A DNA stretch of 63,024 nt, counting the filler, from Licmophora abbreviata (taxonomy: Eukaryota): NCBI GenBank assembly GCA_900291995.1. It is 11 parts of 11 records of this genome, joined end to end, with 100 filler letters (N's around TTAATTAATTAA, not from the genome) between each part and the next. Parts side by side here need not be neighbours in the genome. Positions count along the whole stretch, not along the records: positions 9,238 to 23,625 come from OLMU01003146.1; positions 23,726 to 26,676 come from OLMU01003147.1; positions 26,777 to 29,194 come from OLMU01003148.1; positions 29,295 to 34,482 come from OLMU01003149.1; positions 34,583 to 39,272 come from OLMU01003150.1; 6 more parts are not named here. One strand, written 5' to 3'. The position numbers and the translations under genes are program-made. Shown piece after piece: positions 22,417-35,258 of this stretch. Each line of letters begins with the position of its first letter. Position 1 is the stretch's first letter. Below the pieces are notes generated by a model. The model was given only the letters and a program-made list of their open reading frames with translations, was not told where the DNA came from and ran no database searches.

Positions 22417-24060
22417 ATGATCGTCACTTCATGCCTTTGGTTGATTTTGCTGTTACGCAGCCCTGACAGAGCCACATGCAGACTCTCGGTAAGCTAAATG
22501 TTCAGAAGTTCACTTCTAAGCTGTGTTTCGCGCGCCGTGTGAGTCGAGTCAGTCAAGTCTTTGTCCCCCGATACAAGTCAAACTGCCCATTTCCGGTCGT
22601 CGGCAGTGCTATGATGAGCAAGTCCATCGTTCAATAGTGACTTTTGTTGCTTAACTTTCTTGCTCTGATGATTTCCGCTGAAGCATCACCGCTGCCCATT
22701 GTTGCATCATCCATTTCGATTGTTTCGGATTGCCTTCGTACGTTGTTTACATACCAAGCTCTGCATACGGAGTTGGGGTACAGAACTCACGTACGATTCA
22801 ATTGGATTTTCCCGCCATCCAATTACGGCTTATATTACACATGCATCAATCTTGCAATCACTGGCGAGCACTCACGAGAGTTTCTTCTATTTTCCCAATC
22901 GCAATCACAGAAGTATTCTGCCACGGCATCCATCTTTCAGGCAGCCGTTCCACCACGTGGTGTAGCCACCAATATCTTCAATAGAACCACTCGGAGTGAT
23001 GTGCTCGTGGGTAGGTCGGCAAATGGCGTTCTTTCCAAGACTCCTCTAGACTTGACGGACGAGGAGATATCTGGAGTGACACCTATCAGAGTCCCGAGTG
23101 AAGGTACCGAGATGGAAATGATTGAGATTGGTGTGGTGGCGTGTCAATGCGATATGAGCGGAGAGTGCCTTGCCAACCGTACTGAACTCCGAATGGAGGA
23201 TGAGCTCTTTGTCTGTATTCATGCCTCGCTTGTGGACAAATTTCAGGTGATTCGTGTTCACAATCTGACCTTATCACAGGGTGAAGGGTATATCTCGTCA
23301 CGGGTGTCTGCAAGTCAAAAAGTTGGAGACGACTCTACGTGGGTAGTTATGCTTGCTGGATCCTGTACAATCCGGATGCGCCTAGAAGAGCGTTTCTTTC
23401 AACCTAGCTATCGAGCTCGCAAGAGAAAGTCCTTACAAGTGGAGGGCTCAGTAGAGCTCATGTACAAGCAGGGCTTTGACGGTATTGACGTTTCAAGCTT
23501 CGATGTGCGAGGGCTTTCCGCAATAGCACCGTTCAGCTTGACATTGGTACTACATTCTTTCCCGCTCATGTCTTATCTCACGCGTCACAAGTACGTCGTT
23601 GCATTCTTTGCCGTGACCTTTTTGCNNNNNNNNNNNNNNNNNNNNNNNNNNNNNNNNNNNNNNNNNNNNTTAATTAATTAANNNNNNNNNNNNNNNNNNN
23701 NNNNNNNNNNNNNNNNNNNNNNNNNTTTTCCTTTGCAGAATTGTCAAGGCGTCTCGCCGTGTGCCCGTTGATCCTGTGGCGCATGTACGGAGAGAACGGG
23801 AGCGCGTCGCAGATGTATACAACATTTGGACGCTGGCTCGAGGATCGACCACTGAGGAGTGCCACGTAGAAGGCGATAAATCGGAGTGCACAGAGGCGAC
23901 AAGTGTGACAAGCTCATTCCGTAGCACGAGTACTATCCGAACCTCTGCAAGGGTTGAAGAGACAAAACTGGAGATACAGCCGTATGATGATATCGATGAG
24001 TATGGCGACGAAGGACGGAGCTACGCATACATGCCCGGGTCTTACAAAGTAACATCTTAG
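22417..24060 (+). CDS. Hypothetical secreted/membrane protein (exon structure uncertain; crosses gap 23626-23725)
   Basis: Possible signal exon MIVTSCLWLILLL...|GTAAGC at 22489; ORF 22644-23625 with ACQCD..C...L...LFVC and a C-terminal hydrophobic segment; tail ORF after the gap. Confidence 0.45.
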
Positions 24061-24414
24061 CGATGAGCTGAATCAACATTTCCAAGTTTTTCTCTAGTAG
24101 CATAGATACTACACATAACCTCTCGAGGGATAAATTCTTCACAAGTCGCCCCCACAACTTTGTAAAACGAAGAACCAGAAAATGTACCCCTCTTCTTTCG
24201 ATACCATGTTCTGGCTTTTACCTTCCATGTCAAAGTGTAGAAGACCTGGCACCAGTGTTTCCTCGGTCATCCATCCCCAATGCGATCATTCTCCCGCCTT
24301 AGAACAGTGCGTTCGGACTTGACGCTTTGTCGATTCGAATGCTTACTATCCGAATGCTTAATCGCCTTTCTCAGCCATCCTTGTCGCCTACTCCTTATTG
24401 CTCCCCCATCTTCC

Positions 24415-27400
24415 TCATTCAGACGCCTCCTCACCGTTCTGGATGCGGGTCATCTGATCCCTAACCCTTTGTTCCCGACTGAGTTGAGCCCTGACCTCCT
24501 TAATATTGGAGCTATCACCTTCGTCTACAAACGCAAACGCCAAGGGAAGGCGAGACGCACCATCACTATCAAGAAATGCTACCACCGGACATTTGGGTAC
24601 AGTACTAGCAGGATCAACTCCTACTATGCTCGCAGAGGGTTTCGTTGGATTGATCACTACTAACACAGACCGCCGGTATGAGAGAAAATTGCCCTTGGAC
24701 ACTTCGTTTAAAAAGCATGGAGACGTACCTTGTTCACTTTCGTCCCCATTGCCATCGAAAGGGCCTAGGATCGGGGCTGCTGACTCAGCCGAAGATGCAG
24801 TTGGAGACACATGTCGGCTCCGGCTGGCAAACACTTCTCGTTCGGCTGACGGACATGCATTGCGCGTACCGGTGCCGGTATCAGACTGCTTAGTCTGTGC
24901 CGTTTCTTCCTCGTCTTTTCCGTTTAGAGGAGCGGCTATCTTCTCTGTGGTATTGGGGTATGAAGGTTCGTGGCTGACAGTTGAAGTCGCAGAAACTGTT
25001 GACATCTTCGCGTGTGGCAGGCTCGAAATATTCTCTTGCATCAAGCTATTTGGCAAAGGCATGCCTTCGCCTTCCAATCGCTGAAGTTCTTCAGCAGTCT
25101 TTCTCTCCGAGATCACGTGCTCATCAGATCTCGGCTCATCCGACATCGCATTCCGTGCGAGGAGCTCTCCGCTGCATCCATCAGACTCAGAAAACTGGAC
25201 GCTCGCTTGATGGACGCTGTCCGGGTAGACTATTCGATTCTCGGGTGGTCTCACCAGTGAGATATCGCGAGGTACCGCCGATCTCGGAATCTTCAAAGTC
25301 TGCGTGGCCATTGAAGTAGATTGCACCGAAGCCCGCTTCGGGGGGCTCATCAAGCCATCGAAAGGGCGCCCGTCGCCAACGACTTCGCGACGGAACTCAC
25401 TCGACGAAAGCGAGGCGGCGTCTTCTCGCATTAATGAAGCCGTAGCGTAATCTTCGCTTTCCAAAATTGGTCTTTCACGCCTTCTGTTCAATGGCAATTT
25501 GACTCCTTTTTCCCGGCAGGTCGGATCATGCGCAGTCTCTGCTGTAGGCTCCTTCTTCTTACGATGTCTACCGCGCTTCCTTAGGGAGGGACCTGGCAAG
25601 GTATTCGCGGTCGCCACCAAATCATCGAACAACTGCGATGCGCCTGGCGGCATGGTGATCTGTGAGATCTTTGATTCATTCATAGGCAATGGGTACCTAC
25701 GCGGTTTGCGAGGCTTCTTCTTGATGGACAAGGTGTGAGCAGCCTCAGGATCAGGGTTCGGGTGCTCTTGGGGGCAGGCAGCCTTCTCTTTGATCTGTGC
25801 GGTATTAGCGGCATCACGATCTGGGATAGGATATTTTCGTGGTCGGCCGCGCTTTCGCTTGATCGGTGCGATTTTAATGGCTTCAGGAAATGAGTGCCCG
25901 GCAGCTGGAGCGATAGCATCCTTACGCGGATGGCCAGACTGACGCTTGATCGGTGCGATTTTATCGGTTTTAGGAGGTGCAGGCCCGGCAGCTGGAGCGA
26001 TAGGATGTTTACGCGGACGGCCAGGCTTGCGCTTGATCGGTGCGATTTTAACGGCTTTGCTGGTAGATGAAGGCCCGGCAGCTGGAGCGATATGATGCTT
26101 ACGCGGACGGCCAACCTTACGCTTGACAGGGGTAGTATCATCGCCAGCAGGAGCAGCCGACGATCCTTCAATGGGATAAGAGTTATTTCTCTTCTGATGA
26201 CCACGTTTCCTTTTCGGTGTTCAATTTCTTTGCGGCGGTCGATGCAAGAGAAAGATTCGTCTGTATCGCCTGACAAGGAGTAGTCGGAATCGGTTGATTC
26301 TTCGTCACAGAATGATGACATCAGCGGTCTGTAAGCAGACGCCTCTCTTTCTTCGCTCGGCCTTGCAGTTTCCACTTCGTCGTCAAAGACTACAACTCTC
26401 ACTTCCGAGTGATCGGCAACAGTAAGCGGTGGGGCTGGTCCAGACTTTACCGGCAGGAACGCTGACACTATATTCGGAGTTGAACCACAAGCAAATGAAT
26501 CCTGGGCAGTCTTCGTCACCGGAGGCCTACTGACGCTTAGAACAGCATCGCCGCCTACAAAATGCTCAACTTCCGCAGGGGCCCCATCAGTTGGAAGAGG
26601 GTTCTTCGTTTGACGACCACGCTTTTTCCTCGGCCCCGAGGCTTCAGGGCGAGCTGGCGCAGACGTTGCACTGGATNNNNNNNNNNNNNNNNNNNNNNNN
26701 NNNNNNNNNNNNNNNNNNNNTTAATTAATTAANNNNNNNNNNNNNNNNNNNNNNNNNNNNNNNNNNNNNNNNNNNNTGTATGTGCTTCCGCTGGAAGATC
26801 GTCGACAATACCGTCAAGATCTGCAAGAGTGTCCAGCCCCTGGCCAGCGATGGACACCGAGTCACAGCCTGGAGTATAAGGTCTAGATTCTTCCGCTTGC
26901 ATTGGCGAGCGTGGAGGGGATCCAGGTGTTGCTTCACTGAGAATCGACTTGTCCGTCTGCACTGCTGGCGATGCCATCCGACACGACTTTCCTGACATAT
27001 GCACTGAGCCATAAGTTGTCGGTTCACATTCCTCCACACGATTTTTTCTCGGTCTCCCGCGTTTCTTTCTGGGGATCGGTAGCGACAACGGATTCACTGG
27101 AGCGTGTGCGTTTGTTTGCGTCATCTGCGTTACTGGCGTCGTCTCCTCCGTGGGAGTGTTTCTTGGTCTCCCACGTTTCTTCTTGAGAATGGGCTGGTCG
27201 ACTCTTGAATTTTGCTCTTGAGTCTCTTTGCTCGCGTTCTGTGACCTCGCTTCCGTCTTCTCAATCGAACGTACTGGAGCACTCTCCTCCGTATCTGACG
27301 CTGGTGCTGCCACTGGATGCTGTTTTGGTCTCCCACGTTTCCTTTTAGGAATAGACTCGTCGACTGCTGATATGCGCTCGAGAGTACCTCTGTTTGCGTC

Positions 27401-28874
27401 CTGTGACGATTCCTTCGTCTCTGCCGGATGCAAAAAGGCCCTCTCTTCCGTATTGGACGCCGCTGCCGCCAGTGGATGCTTTTTCGGTCTTCCACGTTTC
27501 CTTTTAAGAGGCTCTTCGACTGATGATATTCTCTCGGAAGTATCTATGTTCGCGTCCCGTGACGTTGCTTCCGTCGTCTCCGCAGGAAATAGTGGGGCAC
27601 TCTCCTCCGTATGTGACGCCAGTACCGCACCTGGATGCTTTCTCTGTCTCTTACGTTTCTTTGTTGGAAAAGGCTTTTCGACTGACGATATTCTCTCGGG
27701 AGTCCCTCTCTCCGATTCCTGTGACGTCGCTTCCGTCGTCGCCGCTTGAGGCAATGAAGCACTCTCCTCCGTATTTGACGCCGGTATCACCAGTGGATGC
27801 TTTCTCGGTCTCCCACGTTTCTTTTTGAAAATAGGCTCTTCCACTGATGATATATTCTCGGGGGTGTCTCTGTTTGCGTCGCGCAAAGTTGCTTCCGTCG
27901 TCTCCGCAGGATCTATCGGGGCACTCTCCTCCGTATTTGACGCCGGTACCACAACTGGATGCTTTCTCGGTCTCCCACGTTTTCTTTTTGGAATAGGCTT
28001 TTCGAGTGACGATATTTTCTTGGGACTCCCTCTGTTTGCGTCCTGTGATGTCGCTTCCGGCGTCGCCGCTAGATAGAATGAAGCACTCTCCTCCGTATTT
28101 GACGCCGGTACCGCCAGAGAGTATTTTCTCGGTCTCCCACGTTTCTTTTTAGGAATGTGCTGCTCTTTGGAACCTGAATCTTCCGTCGTCAATGGTGGTC
28201 GGGGAACTATCTGAGAAGGCTTCGGTGGTGCAATCTCAGCAATCTGCTCCAGTGGGTTTGTCTTGATTGTTTCCTCCGGTAGAGGATGCTTTCGTGGCCG
28301 ACCAGGTTTTCTCTTGACGACAGACCCTTTGGAAACGGTACTGTTGGATGCTATGATACGACAAGAAAGAGACAGAGACTGTTAGAAACAAAGGAGATCC
28401 CAGGATCACGCAAACGAGGAATCACGCAGTGATCCGTGTCTGGTTTCACGAACCTGTACCCTGCTTAACTTTCTTACTCCGACTCCGATCAATCGATTTC
28501 TTTGTGGATTGGTCCGATGTAGGTGCGTTCATAAGTCGAGGTAAGGCGACTCGAGCGTCCCTCCGATTGTTCAAGGGCAGTCTCGGAGGTGCCATCTTTC
28601 GTTTCGGAGCAGCCGTCTCCTTCGCGCGTTTTCGTGCCATCGCTGCGCCTGGCTTCGATCGCAATGGTAGCGAAGGGTGAGTCGAGGAGCGGGCTACCGC
28701 TACCGGTGCAATGGAGCGTCGTGGAGACTTTGGTTCAGGATGAAGAGGAATGGTGGCAGCGGCAGCTAGCGGCTTAGGGGTGGCAGCGCTCCGCTCGGTG
28801 TAAAGTTTCGAATCAGGAGCAGAAATTTCGATTTCTTGTTCTTCGTGGTCAGGTCCAGCAATGATATTCCCCAT
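24415..28874 (-). CDS. Large AT-hook repeat chromatin protein; intron 28351-28453; crosses gap 26677-26776; apparent 1-nt deletion near 26220
   Basis: More than a dozen K(K/R)(K/R)RGRPRKH-type motifs. Intron g|GTTCGT...CATAG keeps the frame. Adding one A (GAA ACA CCG AAA AGG) puts the second array in frame with ORF 24415-25731. C-terminus uncertain. Confidence 0.75.
25830..26135 (-). repeat. Coding tandem repeat, 87-90 bp unit (29-30 aa: IKRKxGRPRKHPIAPAAG...), 3-4 units
   Basis: GCTTGATCGGTGCGATTT anchors spaced 87 nt apart. Confidence 0.85.
27050..28150 (-). repeat. Coding tandem repeat, ~159-162 bp unit (53-54 aa, one AT-hook each), about 7 units
   Basis: GGTCTCCCACGTTT-like anchors at 28131, 27969, 27807, 27645, 27486, 27327, 27165 and 27051. 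Confidence 0.9.
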
Positions 28875-29473
28875 CCGCCAGTCTGAGACAATTTCCCAAT
28901 GCGTCGATACTTTTGGTCGGCAATGCCCAGTCTGATCACCAGAAACTGGATGCAGGACGAGCGCAGAGTACGGCCATGGTGGGGATCATCATCGTTTGTG
29001 TTACCCGTGCCCAACACTGTACACTGTGTACCCTCGTAGCCTTCTACGATGTTCTTGGTACATGGTACTACTGACTGAACCTGGTCTGGCATTTCAGGTC
29101 GAAGAGATGGCACGCGCGATCGTCCGAACGCTGTCGGTGCGTCGTACGAACGTGACTTGATGACTTGACACTTTGCACTTGACTCACTCGACTTNNNNNN
29201 NNNNNNNNNNNNNNNNNNNNNNNNNNNNNNNNNNNNNNTTAATTAATTAANNNNNNNNNNNNNNNNNNNNNNNNNNNNNNNNNNNNNNNNNNNNAACCTA
29301 TCATGTAAGCATCCTCTTACTTAAGGTACCTTAAAACAACTAACATACGAAGTATTTTATAACTAGTACTCCATGCACTGATTCGTACAGCAGCTCCCCC
29401 TCGCTCAACCGATAGTCATGATACTAAAAGACCATTTCCCGTCCGAGCCTCAATGTATACCAGCCTCCTATTC

Positions 29474-32400
29474 TCAGTAGCCTCCAATGCTTATGCTTGG
29501 GTGCTCCTCTTCTTCGGATTCGCTTTCCTCGTCTTTTAACCATGGCTTGCTCTTCATAATCTCTCGGGGAGCCTCTCGACCTGGTGGCGCGGCAGCTCCT
29601 CGCGTTTCCTTCCAACGGGAAGGCAAGTCATCCAAACTGCCCGACTTTTCTGTATCATCCCTTGTACTCTCACTTTCACTGGTTGACGTGTAGCTCTCTG
29701 ATTCACTTGTAGAGACAGGGCTCGCATCGCTGACAGGCTCTCGACGGGGAATCGTGTTGCTCTCTTCCGAACTGGTACTCCGTGACGGGAGAGAATACTC
29801 CGTTCCTAGCAGGTGCGATCGTGCTGCTTCGCTCCGCGGATTCTCCGGCACAGTCGGTGGATGTATGGGCATACGACCTGACGCTGGGCGAGGAACGCTG
29901 GCGGCAGCAATGGCCGCGCCAGCTGCCGACCCTCGTGAGTTGTCAGATCGCCCCGTATCGCGCGAGTTGACAGAGTACGTCGTATCTCGAATACTTGTAC
30001 CCAGCTGATTCTGTCGCATAGGCCGAGTCCTGCTCCTATGAACCGCTGCTCTGGCCCGCTGGGTCACGCTGCGCTCCTGCATTGTTCGCAGCGTTGAAAT
30101 TAGTTCGGACTCGCGATCTCGAAACTGCTCCATCATGACGTCGACGTTGTCAATTTCTTCGGGTACAACCATACTGACTAACGCCTCGACTTCTGCCTTG
30201 TACTCAGCTCGCCGTTGTGTCTCTTCTGGGGTTTCTGTAACGGTTGTTTGAGTGTAATCCGTCGTGTACTCTTCGTCCTCGTACGATGAACTTCCATCGC
30301 TGTCCGATCCTGAGTCGTCGTGGTTATCCCTTCCCGAAATATCTCGTGATGACGAGAAGGCAGACTCTCCGTTGGTGTCGGTCTCCTCCAAACTGTCGGT
30401 GCCTGAGTCTCCTGTTGTTTCTCCGCTAGTATCCATTGCGGCTTCCTGTTCGAACCTTTCCGCGGTTGCAATAATCCCATCCCAGTCTCTTTGTTCGACC
30501 AGACTTTCGAGGTCGTCCGCATCTGTTGCTGCCTTGGACTCATCCGGAGTGGTATCCGGCTCATCGTCCTTTTTCCGCCGTGCTGCCATCAGAGCCGCAC
30601 CACCAACTGCTCCGGCAGCAACTCCAATAGCTGCTGCCCCACCCGCGCCAATGCCTCTGCTACTAGTCGTCGAACCTGACGGAGGAGCGACACCCCAACC
30701 AGGCCGCGACGCTTCCGGGCTGCGTGCTGGGTCGGCGCCAGCAGAATACTCTCCGCTCCTTCATATGTACTGTCGTTGGACGTAGTAAAAGAATCTTCGT
30801 CCAATTCCTCTTGCGGGTACGTGGGCTCTCCTGCTACTGGTACATCAGCAGAATTGTCGGCACTTGGAGGATCTGGTGTCGTCGGTTGACCGGAATCTTC
30901 CGTTGTTGTATCTTCGTACGATGACGATGATTCTGATTCCGAATCTTCTTCGGAGGCGGCATCCCCTGACACACCCGCTGCAGCAGCCGCTACTCCAGCG
31001 GATTCCCTAAAATCCTGGTCAGATGGAGATGTGTATTCAGATTCAGAGTCAGATGAGTCGGAGTCAGAGTCATCCCAGCCGCTTGATCCTTCGGAGGTCT
31101 CTTGGCTTCTCATACCACTCGGTCTTCGACTAGCCCTTGGATCGTCATATTGGTAGTCGTCAAGTTGACTGGCGTTTTCGTCACGCACTGACGATGGAGA
31201 TTGAACTAGACTATCTTCCAAGGAAGATTCTTCCTCGTAGCGTGAAAATCTGTCCCTATCTCCTTCAGGGGATTTTGAAAAGAGAGAGTCCTCGTAGCTT
31301 GGACTGCTCCCAGGACTTTCCCGGTCAGTCTGCGCCTGGGAGCGTCGATCACCGGCATATCCATCATCACGAGGGGGGCTATTACGGTCACTCGACATTC
31401 CTCGGAATGAGTCAGCGTGTGGGGGACTACTACCCGAAGCAGGTTTGAGCCTTCCAGCACCCCGTCCTCTACGCCTCTTCATGAAGTACCATCCTGCTCC
31501 TGCTGCAAGTGCCAAGCCACAGAGACAAGCCAACACGATCCCGACTATTGCTCCCGTACTTAGGCCACTGCTGCCTTTGATGTCTCCGCCTGGCGCTGTT
31601 GGGGCGCTCGACGGCACCATGGTGGCATCGCTGTCAACGGTTCCAAGGATAGTAAGAGGAGACGATTCGGGGAGAGAATCCTGCAGTGCACCGTCGTCAA
31701 TGGCAGCGTCCATGGCAGCAGTATACTCTTCCGTAACCAACTCGGCATCTTCAAATGCTACCGATAGATTGAACGAGCCAGTGGTGATCTGGCAATTCGC
31801 ACTGAACGGCAAGTTGCTAGGACAAGACGTATCCACAATGGTATCAATTGTAGCCGTCTCGTCGACATATTCGACGGTAAGACGGCGTCTCCTATCGCTC
31901 ATACTACTGCGCAGCATCCGCACAGCTGCTCTGCGAGTGGTTTCCTCCAAAGCTTGCGTGACATTCACAACGACATCTTCGTATGCCAGATCGAGACTTC
32001 GTCTTGTCGGTCCAGATTGAAGAGCATCAGCCGTGAGTCCTGCACGATTTGAGATGAGAAAAGTAGATGCAATGGCCAGATCCCCCGTAAAGCCACTCTC
32101 AGTCGGCGACGAAGAAGGAAAGCTTGAAGGAACTGACGAAGGAGCTAACGACGGTGTGAAGCTCGGAGGGGGTTGATTGCTAGGTTGTGCAGTGGGACTT
32201 GCAGTCGGATCTGGCGTGGGCTGAGCTGTCGGAGCGGAGGTCGGTGCTGGGGTCGGTTCTGGGGTTGTCGGAGCGGAGGTCGGCGCTGGGGTCGTGGGTG
32301 CAATGGTGGGCTCCGGAGTCGTCGGAGTTAGAGTGGGAAGAGCAGCGGGTGCAAGGGTGGGATCGGGTGTAGGTGCAACGGTCGGATCGGGCGTAGGTTC

Positions 32401-33651
32401 CAAGGTCGCTCCAGGTGTTGGCGCCCCCGTGGGTGAATCCCCCAACAACTCGTCGATGGTCGCTTGTGTGTCTGCGCAGATCTCGGCAAGATTAATCCTC
32501 TGCGCAAGATCAGGTGTCTGTAATGGTTTCGATCCGAAAATGTAAATCTGATTGGTGTCAGGGTCTCGCAGTTGAAAATAATTTCGCCTCAGGGCCAATG
32601 GAAGATCCGCAAAGCTCTGTCCCGCCCATGCATTGTCCGACAACAAGTTAACAAAGATAGAATATTCGAGTTGGTTGAGGAAGTTGTCATCGTCAAGGTC
32701 GGACAACGCCATGTCGTTGAGACACTCTTGATCCAAGGGAGGTAACGTCGCGCCCGTAGGCGAAGGCGCTGCAGACGGACTGAGGGTGGGAGCGTCTGTT
32801 GGAGGCGTCAACAAATCCAGAATATCGGTCGTGCTGTCACAAATGTTATCGAGGTTCAGTATTTGCGCAGCCGTCGGGACATCCCCTTGCTTGGATCCAG
32901 ACACATCAATCTGGCCTGAATCGTTCCGTAACTCAAAATAGTTTCGGCGCAGCTCAAGCGGTAGCCCAGCAAATGTCAGACCCAAGTACTGGTTCCCGGA
33001 GAGAATATTGAGGAAGATCAAGTATTCTCGTTGGTTCAAAAGGTCGGTGTTGTCCACGTCCGAGACATCCATTGCGGAGTAGCAGCTGTCGTTGGTCTGC
33101 ACCCGGCGCCGCCAAGAGGAACGAGAGACTTCCGCTTCCGCGACTGCCCTGACAGCGTTATACGATCTTTTTATTCTTGTACACACTCCATCTATCCTCT
33201 GTTGGCTCTGGGTGGCGAGATGCAGTCCCCATAATGACAACAACGGTTCATCCGAATCACAGCAAGTCGCACGCACGGCTGCCTCCCTCTCGCAGCCGTT
33301 GCAGGCCATCCGTGCCAGGTCCTCGAAGGTTTCCTGCAGCAGAGCGGGCAGCTGGTTGAAGCTCTCAGAAGGACCATCCTGGATGACGTCTCTGTTATGA
33401 GACAAAGCGTTCACTGCCGCGGCATATTCTATTCGATCCAGAGCAGAGTCTCTGTCTCGGTCGAAAGCGGAGAGCACGTCCATGCATGATGCATCTGCTG
33501 TCGTCGGGGTCAGATTCACCAGAAGGAGGCTTAGTCCGAGACCCAATGAGACTAGCAGTGTCCATCCAAGTGATGGCGGACGGTGACTCTGTCGTCTCCT
33601 CTGCCGCCGATGGCCCGTTGGCTGCAACGACTGGGCCTGTTCACTCTGCAT
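29474..33651 (-). CDS. Very large type-I membrane protein: three EF-hand-like Cys-bracketed repeats, PT-rich stalk, TM helix, long Ser/acidic cytoplasmic tail; apparent 1-nt deletion near 30760
   Basis: Repeats C....D.D.D..L...EY...(V/L)N.LS three times. TM GAIVGIVLACLCGLALAAGAGWYF followed by KRRR. The tail continues into ORF 29474-30589 (EVEALVSMVVPEEIDNVDVMMEQFRDRESELISTLRTMQER). Confidence 0.75.
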
Positions 33652-34582
33652 ATTCCAAAAACTTGAATTTCAAGTTCCAGTCGGACAGGTGATGCAATCA
33701 ACGGCAACGCTCGCCTTTTTCAATGAAAAGTCGCTCCCTACCGGTAGACTACTTGATTAATCTACTATCTTTCTACTCCCGGATTGCTCTTCTGCTGGTA
33801 CGAATGCCCAAGTACGATTCAAATGCCTTCCATCGCATCAAGGAGGTCACACTCAGCTCTTTTTCCAAACAGCAAAACGCACACCTCCGCTCTGTCGCTC
33901 TTGCGGGTCTTGCGAAACTTGCCCAACGCGATACTGATCCAAAATACCAAATGACCCTTAAATGAGGTATACTTATGCGATGTAAGTGTTATGACGTTCT
34001 GTTATTATGAGCCAATTTTTGGGGTCTCATACAACCTATACATCACGCATACATGAATAAAAGGAAAATATGCAACTGTTGAAACCCCAAGCAACCAATC
34101 ACGTTGCGCGCCATCTATGCAAAAGCCAAATCTGCGCCAACGACCGTCTCGGCGCAACATCAGTCGAGTATCGCTCATAACTTAGCTTTCTCCATTGTCA
34201 CGCCTCCCTGGCCTCATTAGCAACAACGATGTCTATCAGTAACAGGCACCTGGTAGAGTACCGGTACTGCACCTACCGCAATACTCGTACGTACCTGTGT
34301 TATACCGGTTAAACCGGTACCAACACACATCTGCTGGGGCAGTCAGACCGGGAACTAGACTATACTGCGGACTTTATAAATGGCACATGTCTTGACAAGA
34401 TAGTTTGTACGAAGAGAAGAGGTGGTGTGTGGAACTATTTGGCCAATCAAGGTGCGCTGCATCTGCAGGCAGGAAGTTCGTCNNNNNNNNNNNNNNNNNN
34501 NNNNNNNNNNNNNNNNNNNNNNNNNNTTAATTAATTAANNNNNNNNNNNNNNNNNNNNNNNNNNNNNNNNNNNNNNNNNNNN

Positions 34583-34749
34583 TTTTGCTTCTCATGCAAA
34601 GTGGAGAGAGCCTCGTCAAGACCCTTGTCTAAGGGTGTGGCAAGACTGGCGCCCTTGCGACTACCATTCTGCGCTGTGATCCCGTTTGAAGGGGGCGTAT
34701 CTTTGGCATTTCCATTCTCCGGAGCGACGTGTTCGGCCGGATTCGTCAT
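34583..34749 (-). CDS. N-terminal fragment of a gene truncated by the assembly gap
   Basis: ATG-initiated ORF running into the gap. Confidence 0.4.
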
Positions 34750-35258
34750 GGTTTCTCAGTCGACGGAAACCGATTGCTCAAAAACAAGATTGACGAGTGG
34801 CAGTAATTTGTTACTCAGAGGAGATTCTATGGTCCAGAAACTGTGAAAGGTCGACGTTCCCGGAGGCGAGAGTCATTCAAGCACATCAAGACATCACAAG
34901 GATGCTTCTTCAGGTTTTGTTTTCGAAAAAAGGTGCGAGGTCGATCCTGCCGGTCGTGCCTGCGCGAGACACGTTTTGAAGACGATGTCTGACGTCACGT
35001 CATAAGTAGAATAGGGCATAAAGCTTCTTCGTGATACTCCGAGACTGTCATATGTACGCGGAATGCAGTATAGCTTCTACGAGACCTTGAATGGTCAATC
35101 CCGAATGATGGAGATGCTCTCAACAAGCAAGATCACAAACTCACAAAAAAACAAAAACATCTTGGGAAGCCTTTCGTGCACAGGCCGAAGATCACTTGGG
35201 TCATTTGCTTCACAGCACAGCCCATCTCATTCAATTCATAGTCATCTCTGTCACCGCC

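Noticed and set aside
27050..28150. Regularly spaced repeats resembling a CRISPR array or satellite
   Set aside because: Whole units are similar, lengths are multiples of 3 and they encode AT-hook repeats; no cas genes; eukaryotic context
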